Source: Phoronis australis (Eukaryota > Animalia > Phoronida). Taken from it: DNA of 64,000 nt. Where the stretch lies: the NCBI GenBank assembly GCA_002633005.1, contig NMRA01000071.1:1011961-1075960 (forward strand), in the 5' to 3' direction. The notes under the pieces were generated by a model. The model made no database searches. It was not told the DNA's origin and was given only the letters and a program-made list of their open reading frames with translations. The position numbers and the translations under genes were made by a program. Below, piece after piece: positions 39,358 through 53,586 of the stretch. Within the stretch, counting starts at the first letter, position 1, and the number at the start of each line of letters is the position of its first letter.

Positions 39358-40408
39358 AAGTCTTTCAATAGTAGAAATGTTGGTATTGGGAGCACTTTTG
39401 TCAATGCTTGTCGTTATTAATTACAAAATTTAAACTTCGGTGCCGACTGATTATGTCGTCTGCTTGCACAATAGCAGCATAGTTATCGGACAGTTTTTGA
39501 TTCATTGTTCACATAGGCCTACTGAGAAAACTACTAAAGCATATTGATAAATCAACATTCTCAAGTGAGCAGTTCTTCTGGGAAGTGTTGTGTGGCCCTT
39601 AAAAGGGCCTTTTTGTAGGTATAGCGTGAAATGGTTCTTAACAGAACCGTTGAATAATTCAACATAAATCACACAGTATACCATGCTCACTCAAGTACTG
39701 AAGGTCCTCTTCATTCAAGTTTTCATCTGGGAAGGTTGGATGAAAACAGAGGAGATGACAATACCGATGACAGTTGTAACACTTTATATAAATGTTACCG
39801 TTCTCCAACGTTATCACGAACCCTGACTTTTTCAGTTCTTGTTCCTGTATTCAGAAGTAGCCCTGAACCACAGGGAAAAAAGACATACTACGAAATCGAA
39901 TCAAATTTTGAAAATCATCGCCTTCGTGCGATTCCGTGTTGCTGTTGCCAGACTGATGTTCCTCCACAACATCAATGTCGAAAATCGACGTTAAAGTGAT
40001 GGAAACTTGTGTCCTTTGTTTGTAACTTTTAACCCATTTTTAAGAAAGGGGTGCACTGATTTTGTCTAACGTTGATAGAGCATAACTTTTGGTTTTTACA
40101 ATGCATTAATTGTGTTGAATGCTTTCATATTAGGTGGCTTCATTCAGTTGAACAGAAAATAAACTAAATGTAACACAATAAAGTTTTGAAAATAAATAGA
40201 ACAGTAAAACAAGACTCCCTAAAAATCGAGCTGTTTTCGAAAACTGCGCCATTGGTGATCAGATTGGTTCCTACATTTACGGCGGGATAATAATAGATCA
40301 AGTATCATGCACGTGTGCACTGTAGCAACACTTTGTATCTTATTCTTAGTTGGCCAATCTGTTGATACATGTACAGCAAATTTCCTTATTTATGTCCATC
40401 GTGATTTG
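39358..40408 (-). repeat. Dispersed ~1-kb repeat, inverted copy 2 of 12052-13057
   Basis: Reverse-complement match over ~1 kb. Confidence 0.85.
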
Positions 40409-42580
40409 ACTGCATCTTGAGCTTGTTGAGTTCTATCATATATTGGGTTGGCATTGGGAACCACATGATGCTTACTCGAATGGGCTTCATTTTACTAAGT
40501 ATTTCAAATTGAAGTGAAGTAAATAAACAAAGTGGGTGATTATCATCACCAGAATTTCATCATTAGTATCTTTTGCCCGGTGCTCAAATTTTCTGAGACT
40601 AGGGATTTTGTCAGATTTGTAAGGTAGAATAGTTTCGCTGGATTTCCAGGTCTGTGGCGTTATTTATACCGGACCAAAATTAAAAAACAGGCCTTTGTTT
40701 AAATCAGGAGCTGCATGATACACAATTATTAGACGTGTGCAGGCATTGCACTGGTCACTTGGAACCATTTTGATGGTTTATTAATATATAGTTAAACCAA
40801 GCTGAGGAGCTTGAAACCTGATTCACGGCAATTTTTGGAAGTGGGATTTTCTAGAAATTTCTCGTAATTTGACAACAAAGTTTGATAGCAATGCACTGCA
40901 GTTTTGTAGAAACTCTGTTCATAGGTTAGAGATGCGTCACAGAGCGTAACTTTGATGGATTCTAGCTTACGATTTCACCTGTTTTGGAGACCAGGCTCCA
41001 ACCACTTTTGGGCTATAATAAGCGCCCCCTTCATGAAGCGGATTTTTCTAAGCATCCTGGCCGCTTAATAGGACGCATACGGTAATATTTCAGAGAGCAA
41101 TACTTAGTATCGTTTATGCACGGGACCCTTTTGTTACATTAGGAGTAAGATTGGCTCATTATGTACCCTACAGGTGGCATAGGACTTAACAAAACTGGTT
41201 GAAAAATTTTGTTTTCGTCATGAACGTTCGTTTGAAAGGCTTAAGTTTAGAAATGTTAGGACTTAAGGCGGAAATTTAAAAACCATACAGTTGTATGTCC
41301 ACTTACAAAAAATTAACATTGAAGAATGGAAACAACCTTTACACCCCTCTGGTGTTCCTGTTCAATGTTTTCAAAGAAGTTGGTTACACATTCATAGACT
41401 GCAGTCGAGAGATTTTGTGCGGCATACATGTATATTCGACATGAAATAAGTGTGTAACCTGCTCTTGATTTGCGAGATAGATTTTGACTGGTCCGGGTGG
41501 TTATTTATGAAAGATTAATGTAATCTTTATTGATGTTAAAGGTTTTACCAGCGTTCTATTTATTTGTACACGAATGTGAATTTGTTGAAATCGCTGATAC
41601 AAATCCTGGCCAAATGTGGGCATACTGCTGGGACCAACCGTCTGATAAGGGTCAGCGTAGAGTAATTTGGTTAATTCGCTCACTAGACTATGGCTGAAGT
41701 ACCTCGCCAAGGACAGGAGTTCATGAGTCACTATCTTTGGAAGAAATTTAGCGGACAATTTTCGTCAAAAAGGTTTCATCAAAACGGAGAAAACAAAAAA
41801 TGGATTTGTGAAGACAGGATTAATTAGTAGGACTACCAGAGCCTCTTAAAAACATTCATCTTCAAAGTGCCTTGAACAAATGTATAAAGTCTTATTGCTG
41901 AAACAACTGCCATTCACGTTGACACAAGAAATAAGCTTTTCTTCCCACAACCTATTATGGGGTTTTCGGATGGTATGGAAGCTAATTCCTTTGTATTTCG
42001 CGTGTGGCCGAACAACCGGTAACACAGTAGCCGACCATGATTAGCAGACGACTTACATGCCGGAAATTGCACCAGAAAATTTAGCCAGGTGCCGGCTTGT
42101 GCGTAAGCTCACAGATTTCGTCCATTGAAAGTATACGGAGTTGGCGGTCCATGTACTATAGTCTATGATATGATAGTGAATAGTTTTCACGTTATCTTGA
42201 CAACGTCGAAATTTGACGCATACAATCACGACTAAACGTACACTTTGTTTATTAGAATTCGCTTTGCGGCTGTCTAAATGCCGGAAATGTCGAAAGGTGT
42301 AGCCTTAACCACGTAAGGGCTCAGGTAAACTGCCGTAGCTATATAAGTTTGAAAATATGATTAATTATGCTTACTTGAATGCGGTTAACTCTTAAGTTCC
42401 AGAAAATACCTTTTAAGCGATCATGAAGCAGCCCACCTCTTGAAAGTCAATGAGGGCTGAAAGAATAGTGAGTAAGGCATGCCGGTGACCACGAAAACCA
42501 GCAGCCCAGAAACTAATCGTTGGTATGCTTACCTGCGCGGTTTTTATCTGGAGTTGGTTAGCTTAAGGCTTTAAGCTCCT

Positions 42581-42702
42581 TCATATGCGACCCAAAGTCT
42601 CAATAGTAACCCAGCTGAAGGTTGAAATCGTGAACGCAATCGCACAGGGAGTCAAGCGAATAGCGTGCGACCCTACGAATTTCTCGATTGTTTGACTGCC
42701 AT
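42581..42702 (-). CDS. Candidate last coding exon of the kringle gene (GPI-signal-like hydrophobic tail)
   Basis: Acceptor ttttttgtcactatatgcag| joins in phase 1 to the 44504 kringle exon, giving YGSQTIEKFVGSHAIRLTPCAIAFTISTFSWVTIETLGRI*. A strong donor (cag|gtaag, ~42532) follows, supporting exon status. Confidence 0.45.
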
Positions 42703-44503
42703 CTGCATATAGTGACAAAAAACATGGTACAGCAGGTTTAAAAAGGAACTACACAGACTTCAACAGAACTCTACCAAACACAATTGCTGAATTGGTTTGG
42801 CAATTTTGTAAGTAGCTATCGCTATAACATAGCAGTTTTGCGATTTTGTGGAAGACGTTGTGCTGCTTATTTGCTCGGATTTGGACATTGTTGCACAATA
42901 AGTTGTTGCGATTTATACAGTACCATGTTCGTGGAATAGAGCCTGTCGACCTTCTGTCGATATGTGGGCAGAATAAAAACGGATGTTATCCGAAAACACT
43001 CGCTGCATTTGTATTGCTGGGCAGTCTTGTGTCTCTGTTACCCATTTTTTTGTAATCGTATATCGTCATCGACTGACATTCATGCTGCGGTTTACAAAGT
43101 TCATTTCCCAGTTCGAGGCAAGCTTGTGAAAAAGCAGGCCAGCAAGACGGCTGATGCATGGTTATGTTTCAGACCTGATACACACTTCACATTAATGAAA
43201 GGTATGGTTTCAGCACCATCGAAGCATACGTATGCAAAACTGACCGACATTCTTAAGACACTTATGAGAGTTATTGTTCATTGTCCGCTGATGACATGTT
43301 AATAATATGAAAACAGGATTGCTGGGGGACAAGTTCGAACCTTTCAGAAGACTACAATCGGAAAGAAATGATAATATGCACGGTAAACTTAAATAGCATA
43401 ACAATGGATATAGCAACAGCCGCACCAGTACATGTATTGGTGAACACGTGTCAGTGGCTATTCCATCACCATGGTGTGCTTCCTTGTAAGTGACACTTGC
43501 GTTAGGTCAAGGAGTCCACCAAATTGGGTACTCAGCATCCCCGGTTGAACTGCAACCTTGACGTCACGTGATAAACCTCCTTTGCCAAGTCAACTACTGC
43601 CTAAGAACAAAAGCTCAGCGGGCGCCCAATTGGCTGACGCAAGGCCACCGTAGACGGCTGAAAGGTTCGAACATGTCTCCCAGTAAATGAGTTAGCATAT
43701 TCTCTAGATGCATTTGAGATACCAGCTTCGTTCCCGACCTTGGAAGTTGGAGCCTGAATTCGGATACCAAAATGGGAAACTGTTTACCGCGTTGTCCAGA
43801 AACATCACGCCTAAAGAATTGAGGTACATGTACATGTATATGGTGTTGTAAGAAATGGAAACACGCAGTCTTGCAATAGCACCAACTGTTCACTCACTCC
43901 GAAATTAAAAGGCCAGAATTCGACTATACAAGTCTTGCAGTCATTATCCGTCAAACCATCGTGAATTTGTCAAAATTAGTTGGCAGTTCAGTTGAGATTT
44001 CGTCGTCATAGAGTGTAGTTCGACATCATTGTGCACTAATTGTCATCTGTGAATTGTCTTGCACAGTAACTCGGAACAATTTCGAGAAAGTAGGTGGAGA
44101 ACTTCAGTAAGGTTTCGATCGAGATTTAGCCAACATTAAAGCAAATTCTGAGCTAAAATGTAACTGCTATAAATGCAGTCGCTGAAGCTCAATATGCTCG
44201 TGTGGGTATTGAAAGGAACCTTCCGAAAGCAGAACCATTTTGCCAAAAGCGCTAAATTTTGAAACTATAAGCAATGGGCCACTACTAATCCAAAAACGGT
44301 TTATCTTTATTCCAGTGCTTCAAAAGAACAATTCCAGCCTAAGAACATGCTTGACTTGGCGCCAAAATCACAAATAGCGAAAAACGATGTATATGCCTAA
44401 GTTTTATCTGAATTAATGCTACCACATGTAATGCAGTGTAAATGAGATAAACATCGGCTTCATTTTGCAGCTAATCATAATAGAGGATGAGCAAGTAACG
44501 TAC

Positions 44504-44785
44504 ATGCTTTGCAGAATGGGATGCCACAGTAATCCCACTTCGGGAACTGTCCTTCTATGTAGCACCACGGACCATCCGGAGAGTCGTTTGGGTTACGGCA
44601 TAGGTTCGACATCTGCACGTAAGGAGGAAATTTGTCAAAACTCGTCTCCATTTTCGGTTGCTTGAACAATCTTTGGAGAACATCCGTGTTTGACCAACCT
44701 CTACATGTCAGACCGTCCTTGGTTGTAGCTTTTGAACCAGCATATTCCTGTCCTGACTTGGTCGTTTTACACGTTATTTTCTCCA
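44504..44785 (-). CDS. Kringle-domain exon (phase 1-1)
   Basis: C...GQEYAGSKATTKDGLTCRGW...NLCRNPNDSPDGPWCY......WDYCGIPFC has all six kringle cysteines. Acceptor ctttccag|, donor |gtacgt, 282 bp. Confidence 0.9.
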
Positions 44786-46732
44786 CTGGAAAGATGTGGT
44801 TAATTACTTATGTAAACTAGACTAACCGCCTTTGTCAGTTATTTCATTACTGTAGCGCATTCAGACGAACATTAGACGTCCCTCTTGTTTTTGTTTTTGT
44901 TGTTGGCCCATCGGGTTACACGCGTATAATACCGGTTTCATAAATCTTTATTTATGATACGATAAGAAAAAAATGGCTGTTTACAAAAAATTGTATCCTA
45001 GTCCTATGATTGCAAGAGAAGTGATTCACCACATGTCTTTTTACGTCCTGTCCAAAAGGCAACGAACGATATATTTGTAATGGCAGTTGGCAAAAGCATA
45101 TTTTCATTTAAAGCTGTTTCCTTGTTCTTCATCAAGCATTTGCGAAATCCTGAGTAAATAATGTACGACTGCCGCTACGTGAAGATTGAAAGCCATGAAT
45201 TCTCACTGCGTTTCCAACAAGTGGGACTTAACATCATATTATTCCGATTCCGTGGACACTGTGGAATGATAATTAAATATCGAGTCTTGTTAGTTTAGCG
45301 ATATTTACCTAGCAAAAATTATGTTCAGAGGAGCACAGCAGTCTCTAAAATACATGATCGACTGGCAATCTCAAGCCTTCCAGCATTTCTGTAAAGCTGA
45401 AAGTGTGAGGCATCTGTCGGGTGGTAAGAAAAAGGAAATCTGCTAGGCTTGAATGCGATTTCACTCCATCACACTGGTCCATGGGGGAGGTTGACGATAT
45501 TCAAAAAGCTTTCTTAACAACGCGTTCAAATCAGTTTCAATTTTCACTCACAAATTTATAGCCTGTCTCTGTGAGATTCTCATAATATGATGATTGATAA
45601 CCAAAAGCGTTGCGTCTCTGGGTTAGTCCATCTGGCTGAACTGTTAGACTGTGACCAACGTCCTAATGGCTCCACATTAGAGACTGTGAAGCTCCTATAA
45701 GCACTTTTTGGCAAATTATGTCTCGCACTGATTAAAACATAAATGCTACATTTTGCGCATAGAGGGACACCTTAAGAGGCTGTCGATGTATCTAATTACT
45801 TCCAACTGGAACAAATACTCCCGTTACCAAGACACTTTGGTCACTTCATATGCTGGTGTGTGCTTATGTCTCTGTGTTCGTAGTAAATCTTGGTAGCTAG
45901 TGATTTTGAAATAACTGTCTACAACTTGCAAGTTTCACTAGCTGGCTCTCAAAATTAGGAATCCGCAATGACAATGTAACTATTGAATTGATCTAGATAA
46001 CTTTTTTGTCTTTGGTTTCGACTGCCTATTTTGACCAATTGCTCAAGATTGTCGGGAGGATCAATACGAAAGAAGATCACGCTTCTAGTAAATGGAATAA
46101 CCCCGGAACAGTTCACAATGTACCCTAGTGAACTCTCACCAGTCAACATGTTAACTATTGTTACGTAAAGTAAAACGTTGCATAACTCCGATCTAATTCA
46201 ACCAAATTATTCAACGCAAATTAAGAAAATCTGATCTGATTGAGAGGCTTGAATACATGATTTCGAACGTTTAACGCGCTGTGGAGTACTAGAATGCCGC
46301 AGAAGTTTGCGATATTCAGGCTTGCAAATTTCAGTCTCAATAAAAGTTCGACTGGTTTTATTAAAACCAAATCTTTCAGTGTTGTGACAAAAGTTATAGT
46401 TAATCTGGGTGCAACTTGACCCAAGGGTGCATTGAGCTGAATATGGACTGACTGGAATGACCTACGCATGTCAGGAGGGGCATGTTCCCTTTCCCTAGAG
46501 AAATTTGCTTTGAATCTCAATCTATCTTAGCAAAGGTCAGCCAGTAAACTGATTGCTCGGAGGACAGGAGCTAGTATTTTTATTTTTTACAGCAAAAAAT
46601 CGCATATCCGTGTTCGTTCTTCTAAGAACGCGGGAACATCTGACGATGACCGGAGAATAGACAGACTGAAACGTTATGACAGTGTAAATAGACAAGTGGA
46701 CGGCGTAAATACATGTAGACCAAGAGATTTAA

Positions 46733-46940
46733 TAACTTAAGTTTTCATAACTTAAGTTTTTGAAAACTTAAGTTTTTGAAAACTTAAGTTATGAAAACTC
46801 ATGTTTGTTCCAAAAAAAACTTGTTCCAAAATACTTAAGTTTTTGACCAAAAATTTAAGTTCTCGTGATTGAAAATTTAGTTTTTCAGGCCAAAAACTTC
46901 AGTTTTTCGATGAAAACTTCAATTCAGTTTTGTAAGGGGG
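46733..46940. repeat. Cluster of short palindromic AAACTTAAGTTT repeats (likely subterminal repeats of a TE end, ...TTTTGTAAGGG)
   Basis: AACTTAAGTT-like units repeated about every 15 bp. Confidence 0.6.
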
Positions 46941-48312
46941 TAATATACATGGACATGGACCAATCATCAAGTTTATACATGTGCAATGGTTAAATCATAA
47001 AGTACACGAGTAGTAGTCTTAATTTTTCCAAATTGGGGTAACTTTGAAATGAAAAGGGACATCCAAACGCAAAACTGAAATGAATATTGACAGCGGCTAT
47101 TTTCCAGTCGACATGTAAAAGGGGTTTCGCGGGGCATGCTGTACCCACCCAAGTCAATATCTTACCTTCTGATGATTTCTCTGAAAGCGAAAAGAAATGA
47201 CATTTTACAAAACCAGTTCCACTCACAAAAATAACTGTCATTCCACGAGATCACCAAAAGGTCGACTCTAGGGTCATCAACTTTGATCTTGAAAATAAAG
47301 GTATGTGTAACATACATTCTGGTGGGAAATGTTTAAAATTTTCATTGGGAGTTTTTGGGCCATTATTTTTTAAGTTAGAACACCATGAATATTTTGGCGC
47401 AAATTGGCTCATTTTTGGTTTAAAAAGATTCAGATAGTGAAGTTATTTTAAAACGCTTTAAGAGAAGAAGAACAAGTTTTCATTATCTTTATCTAAATGT
47501 TGAACCTCTCTACGAGAAGACTTTTCAAAGGCCATTCCGTTAACTATGACTGGAGTACTAAATTTTCCCCGATTTTGCGTTATTTGATTTTAAGCTGTGG
47601 GGGCCAGTTTGCGGGGAGTTGGAGAGTTTCAAAGATATTTTTCAACAGTTAGCTGTCTGACTAATCAGATGAAATAAATGTGCTTTTTGTTGGTTTCCAT
47701 GCAACACCCAACAGAAAAGACAAACCATCGTGTATTTTACGATGCCTGACTGCGAGCAGTATGCAGCTTTATCTCATGAAACTCATAAACGTTCTTCATT
47801 AATTTTGCAAATATGTCTCTATGGTGATAAAATCAGTCGATATCAGTATTTAGATACTTTGCCTACTGCTTGCTCAGTGGTGGCAATAACTTGAATTTCG
47901 GTGCAATTTCATGAAATTTGGCCAAAAAAATTCCATGGCACTTAACTCTTTGATAGCAATGTGCAATGTTGATCTGATTCCGCTGCGATGTTTTGTTTTC
48001 TGGCCACTATTGCACCTGAGGATGACTTTGGTTTATTTAGAAACATTGTTTACATGCTGCACTCTGGCATGGGTTTTGCATTCTATAGTTACTTCTAATT
48101 CGGCCAATAACTAAATTGTATTGACACTCATGTGCCCCACTCCGTAAATTGCTGACAAGAGCCATGGTAACGTCCATCTTATTACCGTATAATCACTACA
48201 TACAAATAAATAACATCAAATGCTAATGAGTCTGATCATGTGACAGGATGCTAGATTTTTAACCCATTCCACAATAATCTGATGTCACTGTTGCCACACT
48301 CCCACGAGGGAT

Positions 48313-50075
48313 AACAAGAGCAACGTACATGTAGACCGTTGAAATGCGCCCACGAATGCATTGCAAACGGTGTGCTTCCACTAGGAGGCACAACACACAT
48401 AGATTCCATCCGAAAACTGGGGCATGCTATCGTTTTTTAATCGAAAGCTATTTATTGGATTTGATGAAAATCCGTAAAGGAACGTCAAATAAACAGAGGA
48501 AAACGGAAAAAATGAATTTCCACTAGGGGGCACAGCGTATGTCAGATACGTCTGAAAGTCCTCATCATCCGTTGTCAACTCCATATGAATACCACTGCTA
48601 AATTAAATCAAAAATCGTGCATAGTGTTTAAAAAATACAGCTGTGGGTACAAAAATACTGCCAATAGGAGGCACCACAGTACTTGAAGTCAGCAGAGAAT
48701 CGTCAGCTCTCCTAGTCACATTCGGAACATACATGTACATGCCAATTTCCACAATCATCTTTAGATTGGTTTGGTTGACAGTGGGGCAAATGCTGAGAAA
48801 CAGTCTCAAAAACAGTGAAAATGGTCACTAGGTGGCGAAAAATATACCGAATTCAACTGAAAATCAGAGGATAGTGTCACCTCACTAATACTTGCTTTTT
48901 GCTAATTTGTATGAAAATCTGTTGAGAACCTTTGAAGATACAGAGGTAACCGTAAAAAAATGCCACTAAAGGGCAGACTGATAATCCAATTCATTCGAAA
49001 GTCGACGTACTGTGCTTTCCGCTTAATATAAATACAACAGCAAAATTCAATAAACATCTTGTTGAGCATTTAGGAGACACATGTATAGCCATGGGCGAAA
49101 AAACGAACAAATCTGCCACTAGGAGGCGTTATAGTATTCGAACTCATCGAAAATCATCGCCAGCCGCCCTCTTCACGGTAACAGCATATATACCAATTTT
49201 CAAAATAATCCATAGAGCAGTTTCGTTGACAGAACAGTGGACACCAAAAACGGACTTCAAAACAGTACAAATGGCCTCTGAGTGGGGCGAAGAACCTTGA
49301 ATCTGTCCTAAAACGAGAGGATGACATCATCGAACTAGTAGATCATCAGTGCCTAACTACCACTTTTTTAAGATCCGTCGTGGATCTTCAGAGATACAGA
49401 GGTAGGCGTTAAGAAATAAAATTGCCACTAGGGGCACACCGGTAGTCAGAGAATTCCGACATTTGTAGCCATCTGTCGTCAATCTCATAGAAGCACATCC
49501 GCCAAATTTAATTAAGATTCAGTGAGGGGTTAAGGAGATACAGCCATGGGTGCAAAACCAAAGTCGCCACCAAGAGGCGCCACAGTAGTTTAGATCGTCG
49601 GAAAATCATCGTCAGCCGACGTCTTTACAGTAAGAACATATATTACAATTTTATAAATCATCTCTAGAGCGGACGCCAAAAATAGACTCGAAAACAGTAG
49701 AAATGACCACTAGGTAGTGCAAAACATGTTCAATTCATCCGAAAACGGGAGGATAGCGTCACCTTGCTATTATATGCATACTTGTAGCTGTCAAATTTTA
49801 TGAAGTTCCGCTAAGGACATCCAAAGACAGAGGGAAAGCGTAAAAAAATTAAATTGCCACTAGGGGGCACACCTGTAGTCGGACAGGACCAAATCTGTTG
49901 TTATCCGTCATCAGCTTCAAAGACGCATGACTGCCAAATCTCATCTAGATCTTGTTAATTGGTTTAAGGGAAAGTGACAGCTGCGGACCCCGGACACTGG
50001 ACTCCTGACGCCTGGAATCCCAGACAGAAATGACGGCAATATGCGACCTTCTACGAACATGTGGGCGCGTAAAAA
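48313..50075. mobile_element. Helentron-associated non-autonomous element (HINE/DINE-like) with internal ~150-bp tandem repeats
   Basis: T|AACAAGAG start and ...TAAAAA|T end (TT insertion, no TSD). Terminal hairpin TATGCGACC...GGGCGCGTA. Central array of ~150-bp subunits with a ~445-bp trimeric higher-order period. Confidence 0.65.
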
Positions 50076-52644
50076 TGACATTTCTTTAAGATTTAGGACG
50101 CACAGGTTTCACAATTTTCACTGTAGCTAAGGCTTAGACCTAGCAATGTGATCTCATTACAAATTAATACGCACAGTAAAGTGATCCTAACAGCCCTTTG
50201 CAACAATTACGTATCTTAAAATGTACTTTGGAAATTTTTAGCAATACGGAATGAATCAAATTCACGTTAGGTAAGGATATAGACATGCGTAATTGTTACC
50301 ATGGCGACTGAGTATCATAAAGGCTTCCACCTGAAACTAAAATTTGACGAACATGATAATAAATATCATAAAGCTACGTGTATTGGGAAGAAATATTCAA
50401 GTGCAATAAGCTTCAGACTTCATAACCCAATTATAACATATTTCTGTATATCGCCTACTAAGATTGTTGACACCTTGTAGCTTTGTTATATCTTGTAGTA
50501 GAAAGTATGTGTCATATTGTGGAACATAATGACACTTTGAACAGAAGTTGACTTTCAAAGAAAATTGATTTTAAAATAATTTGAACAGAATTGAGCAGTG
50601 TGCAAGGTCAATTGGATGCGCACTTCAAATTTAAAGAATAGAAGGTTCATAGTAATTAGGGCACAAGCACCGGAAAATGTACAAAACAACTTTGTGTAGC
50701 ATTGTGTCTACAAAATGTATGATAGTTAAATCTTCACCGACGACAATGTAGCCGTTTTAACTTGTATTTAAGCTAAAAACGTCACCATGTTTTCCAACTC
50801 AAATTGTGAACACTTTAACCAATATAGACGTTACACGTGAGTGATTAAATGCTGGTTTTAACACTTGGATTGCACAGCGTGGTAGTTAAGGCTACAATGT
50901 ATGTATTATTAAATTTTGCCAACAGAATATTTGTGAAAATATCGTTTAAGCAATTTAATTCCGTAACCTATGCTGTAGACATTGCAAAATGGCGACCAAA
51001 CTGAAAAAGACACAATTTGACACATAAATGTCAATAACTTTTAAAGCACCATGCGATTTTGATATTTTTTCATTTTTGCATTTCAGGTATCAACACCTTT
51101 CCTGTGGTGTTTGTGTTTGTCTTGAAACCGAAAAAAATATTTTAGGCTCAACCTTTTCAAACAGCCTCGAACCCATAATCAAAAACATCTTTTATAAATA
51201 ATATCTGAATACCTTGATTAAATTTGGTGCACAAATCGGAAAATTTCCGTAATAATCACATGAGCCACTCATGTCAGCCTAAAAAGTGCCTCTCGGATTT
51301 CCAATCATTTTGAGTATGGGCACCAGGCAATTGTATCATCACTTGTGCCTGCGTAATCTCTTACCCACGTTCAGTTACGAACGCTCAATACCGGGTAAAA
51401 AAGTAACAGGGATATGTCAGACAGCATTATGGTCCCTTAAATGGTGATTCTAGTTACTTATTTTTCTTGAAATCATTTTAAATGTAACGAAGTTACAAAA
51501 ACATTGCGGCATTTTTAGAACAAAAAGCATCAAAAATACCCAAGAGATAATTTAGATTTGTTCGTGTATGCAAGGTCTATCCAAAACATTTATTTCAATG
51601 TCCACAGCCCTGCAAACTGGTTCAACACTACAAAAATTGCTTACGGACTTACCTCCCTGTCACCTGATGAATCCAGCGAAACCACAAAGTAATATCAATC
51701 TTAATTGGTTGTCCTTATGTCCCACCTCCTAGTCCCATTTTGTGTTTCCTTTCATTGCTGTCAAGCTAGAAATTTGCTGACTTCGGTATTTAAAAACGTT
51801 TCGTTTTCTTCATAAAATTTTGAAGGCGTATAGGTAGAAACCTGAGAGGTCAATATGTGCAAAATTGATGGTTTTTGCGCCAAAACTACATCATGATCAC
51901 ATACACAAAGTACAAGGGTGGTCTGGAAGATGAACCGAAGAGTGATTTTTTTGATTTTCTCATGGAATGGCTCTTAAGGTACATGTAGTAAAACCTTGAG
52001 AAAATAAATTTGATAAACTGATAGGCAACAAGTCTACACTTATTAAACAACAGTCAAGCTCCTCAAACCAATCAAATGTTAACCAATAATTGTCTCGTAA
52101 ATGTATATTGAAAGACTCTCGAGACAATTTCATTCAGTGTTAAGGATTTTGCATATTGGCAAATCTCTTAAACAGTCTTGCAAGAAGAGAAAGTCCTGTG
52201 TCCCCTAACGACAAACAACCTATATTACAGCTGTATATCGAATACATATGCCAAGTAGTGATTGTTCAGAAACCTATGTAGGCAGGGACAAACAATTTCT
52301 GATGGCAGACGACTTAGCTACGGTGACACCTGTGACGCTGTCATGTTCAACCACTTTCAGTAATTGAACTCTATACTGTGTTATTGTACTAATTTTTTGG
52401 AATACTAGGGGTTTCCAATGCATTCTAAACTAATGATACATTAATTTATTATGATTAAAATTGAAAGTCCCTGTGAAAACGTGAATGATGAAATGACCTT
52501 AAAAAAGTAGCTCTACCAAACATCCCTAAAGCCCAACAACATTCCTCGGGATATATATATAAGGCAAACACTGTACGTACTAGCGAGAAATTAGTCAATT
52601 AAAGAACCAAAGAAAATAATCTCGGATATTGTAAGATCGGAATG

Positions 52645-52813
52645 TGTTGATTAGAGTAGCTCCCATGACCATACACTATTTATCATTACAGACTCATATA
52701 TCACGACTGAGCATGCGCAGTGTCTTTTTTCTCTCTCCACGTTTCAGAGTGTGTAGTTTGTAGACGTGTATTTTATAGCACGCAATAAATCAGGGATGGA
52801 TCACAAATCAACA
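52645..52813 (+). repeat. 5' LTR of copia element
   Basis: TG...CA ends; about 21 mismatches in 169 bp versus the 3' LTR (manual count). Confidence 0.93.
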
Positions 52814-53185
52814 GGTTATGGGCCCAAAAGTTGCCCATACTTTTCTGGCAATGCTGAAGACCTCAAAGTGTGGGAAACGCAATTCCTGAAGTATCTGTGC
52901 ACACAAGTCAAAGGGTACAATGTCCTTGTCGACGATAAACCGGATTCGGATTTCTCAGCAAAGAACGGGTGTGCTTATGCAGAACTCGTACAAGTTCTCG
53001 ACGATCGATCACTCATGCTGATCATGAACGATATTTCAAATTACGGGAAAGCAGCCTACCAAACGCCAAAAGCGCACTATGACAGTACAGAAGAACCACG
53101 AGTGTAACACTGTGTAAAGAGCTGACAACATCGGTAATGAAACCAGAACATAACGTCACTGCCTACGTAATCCGTGCATGACCAG

Positions 53186-53586
53186 GGCCCGGTCTCTAAT
53201 CTTTGTACTCGAAACGAACTCGAAACTATTTTTGACAATTTCTCTGCTCCTTTTGTGCGAACTTAAGATAATTGGTTATCAGACTGTGCTCGAATACATT
53301 ATAGTTTATGCATAGGAGTTTCTAGTTCAAGTTTGCCCTTGAAGACCCTTATATTCGTGCTACAAACTCGAGTAAAAACTCGAAATTTCGAGTTCAAACT
53401 CGAACTTATTGCTTTAATATTGGGTTTACAAACTGTGAACTAAGGGCAATAAATTATCTACGTAAGTTATTGTGTACTCGAGCATAGAATAATAGACACT
53501 TATCTTGAGTTCGCCCAAAAGTAGAGTAGAAAATGCCAAACCTAATTTCGAGTTCCATTTCGAGTAAAAAGATTGGAGACTGGGCC
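53186..53586. mobile_element. 401-bp Harbinger-type MITE, copy B, inserted in copia gag
   Basis: Same TIRs as copy A, with flanks CAG/CTG. Removal restores gag-like ...GLRAAGENISDNLLIVMVLNGLP. Confidence 0.92.

Noticed and set aside
4547-40408. One large inverted segmental duplication explaining both inverted repeat pairs
   Set aside because: The order of the inverted copies (A' then B') is wrong for a single inversion and the intervening DNA is unrelated. Independent TE insertions fit better.
48378-49870. CRISPR-like array (short conserved motif with regular spacing)
   Set aside because: Eukaryotic context, spacers are homologous to each other (tandem subunits), the period is too long, and there are no cas genes.
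51652-51775. Exon-like segment on - strand (tttctag|...gag|gtaagt) resembling a signal-peptide exon
   Set aside because: Stops in all three frames; the phase-compatible frame has a TGA just before the donor.
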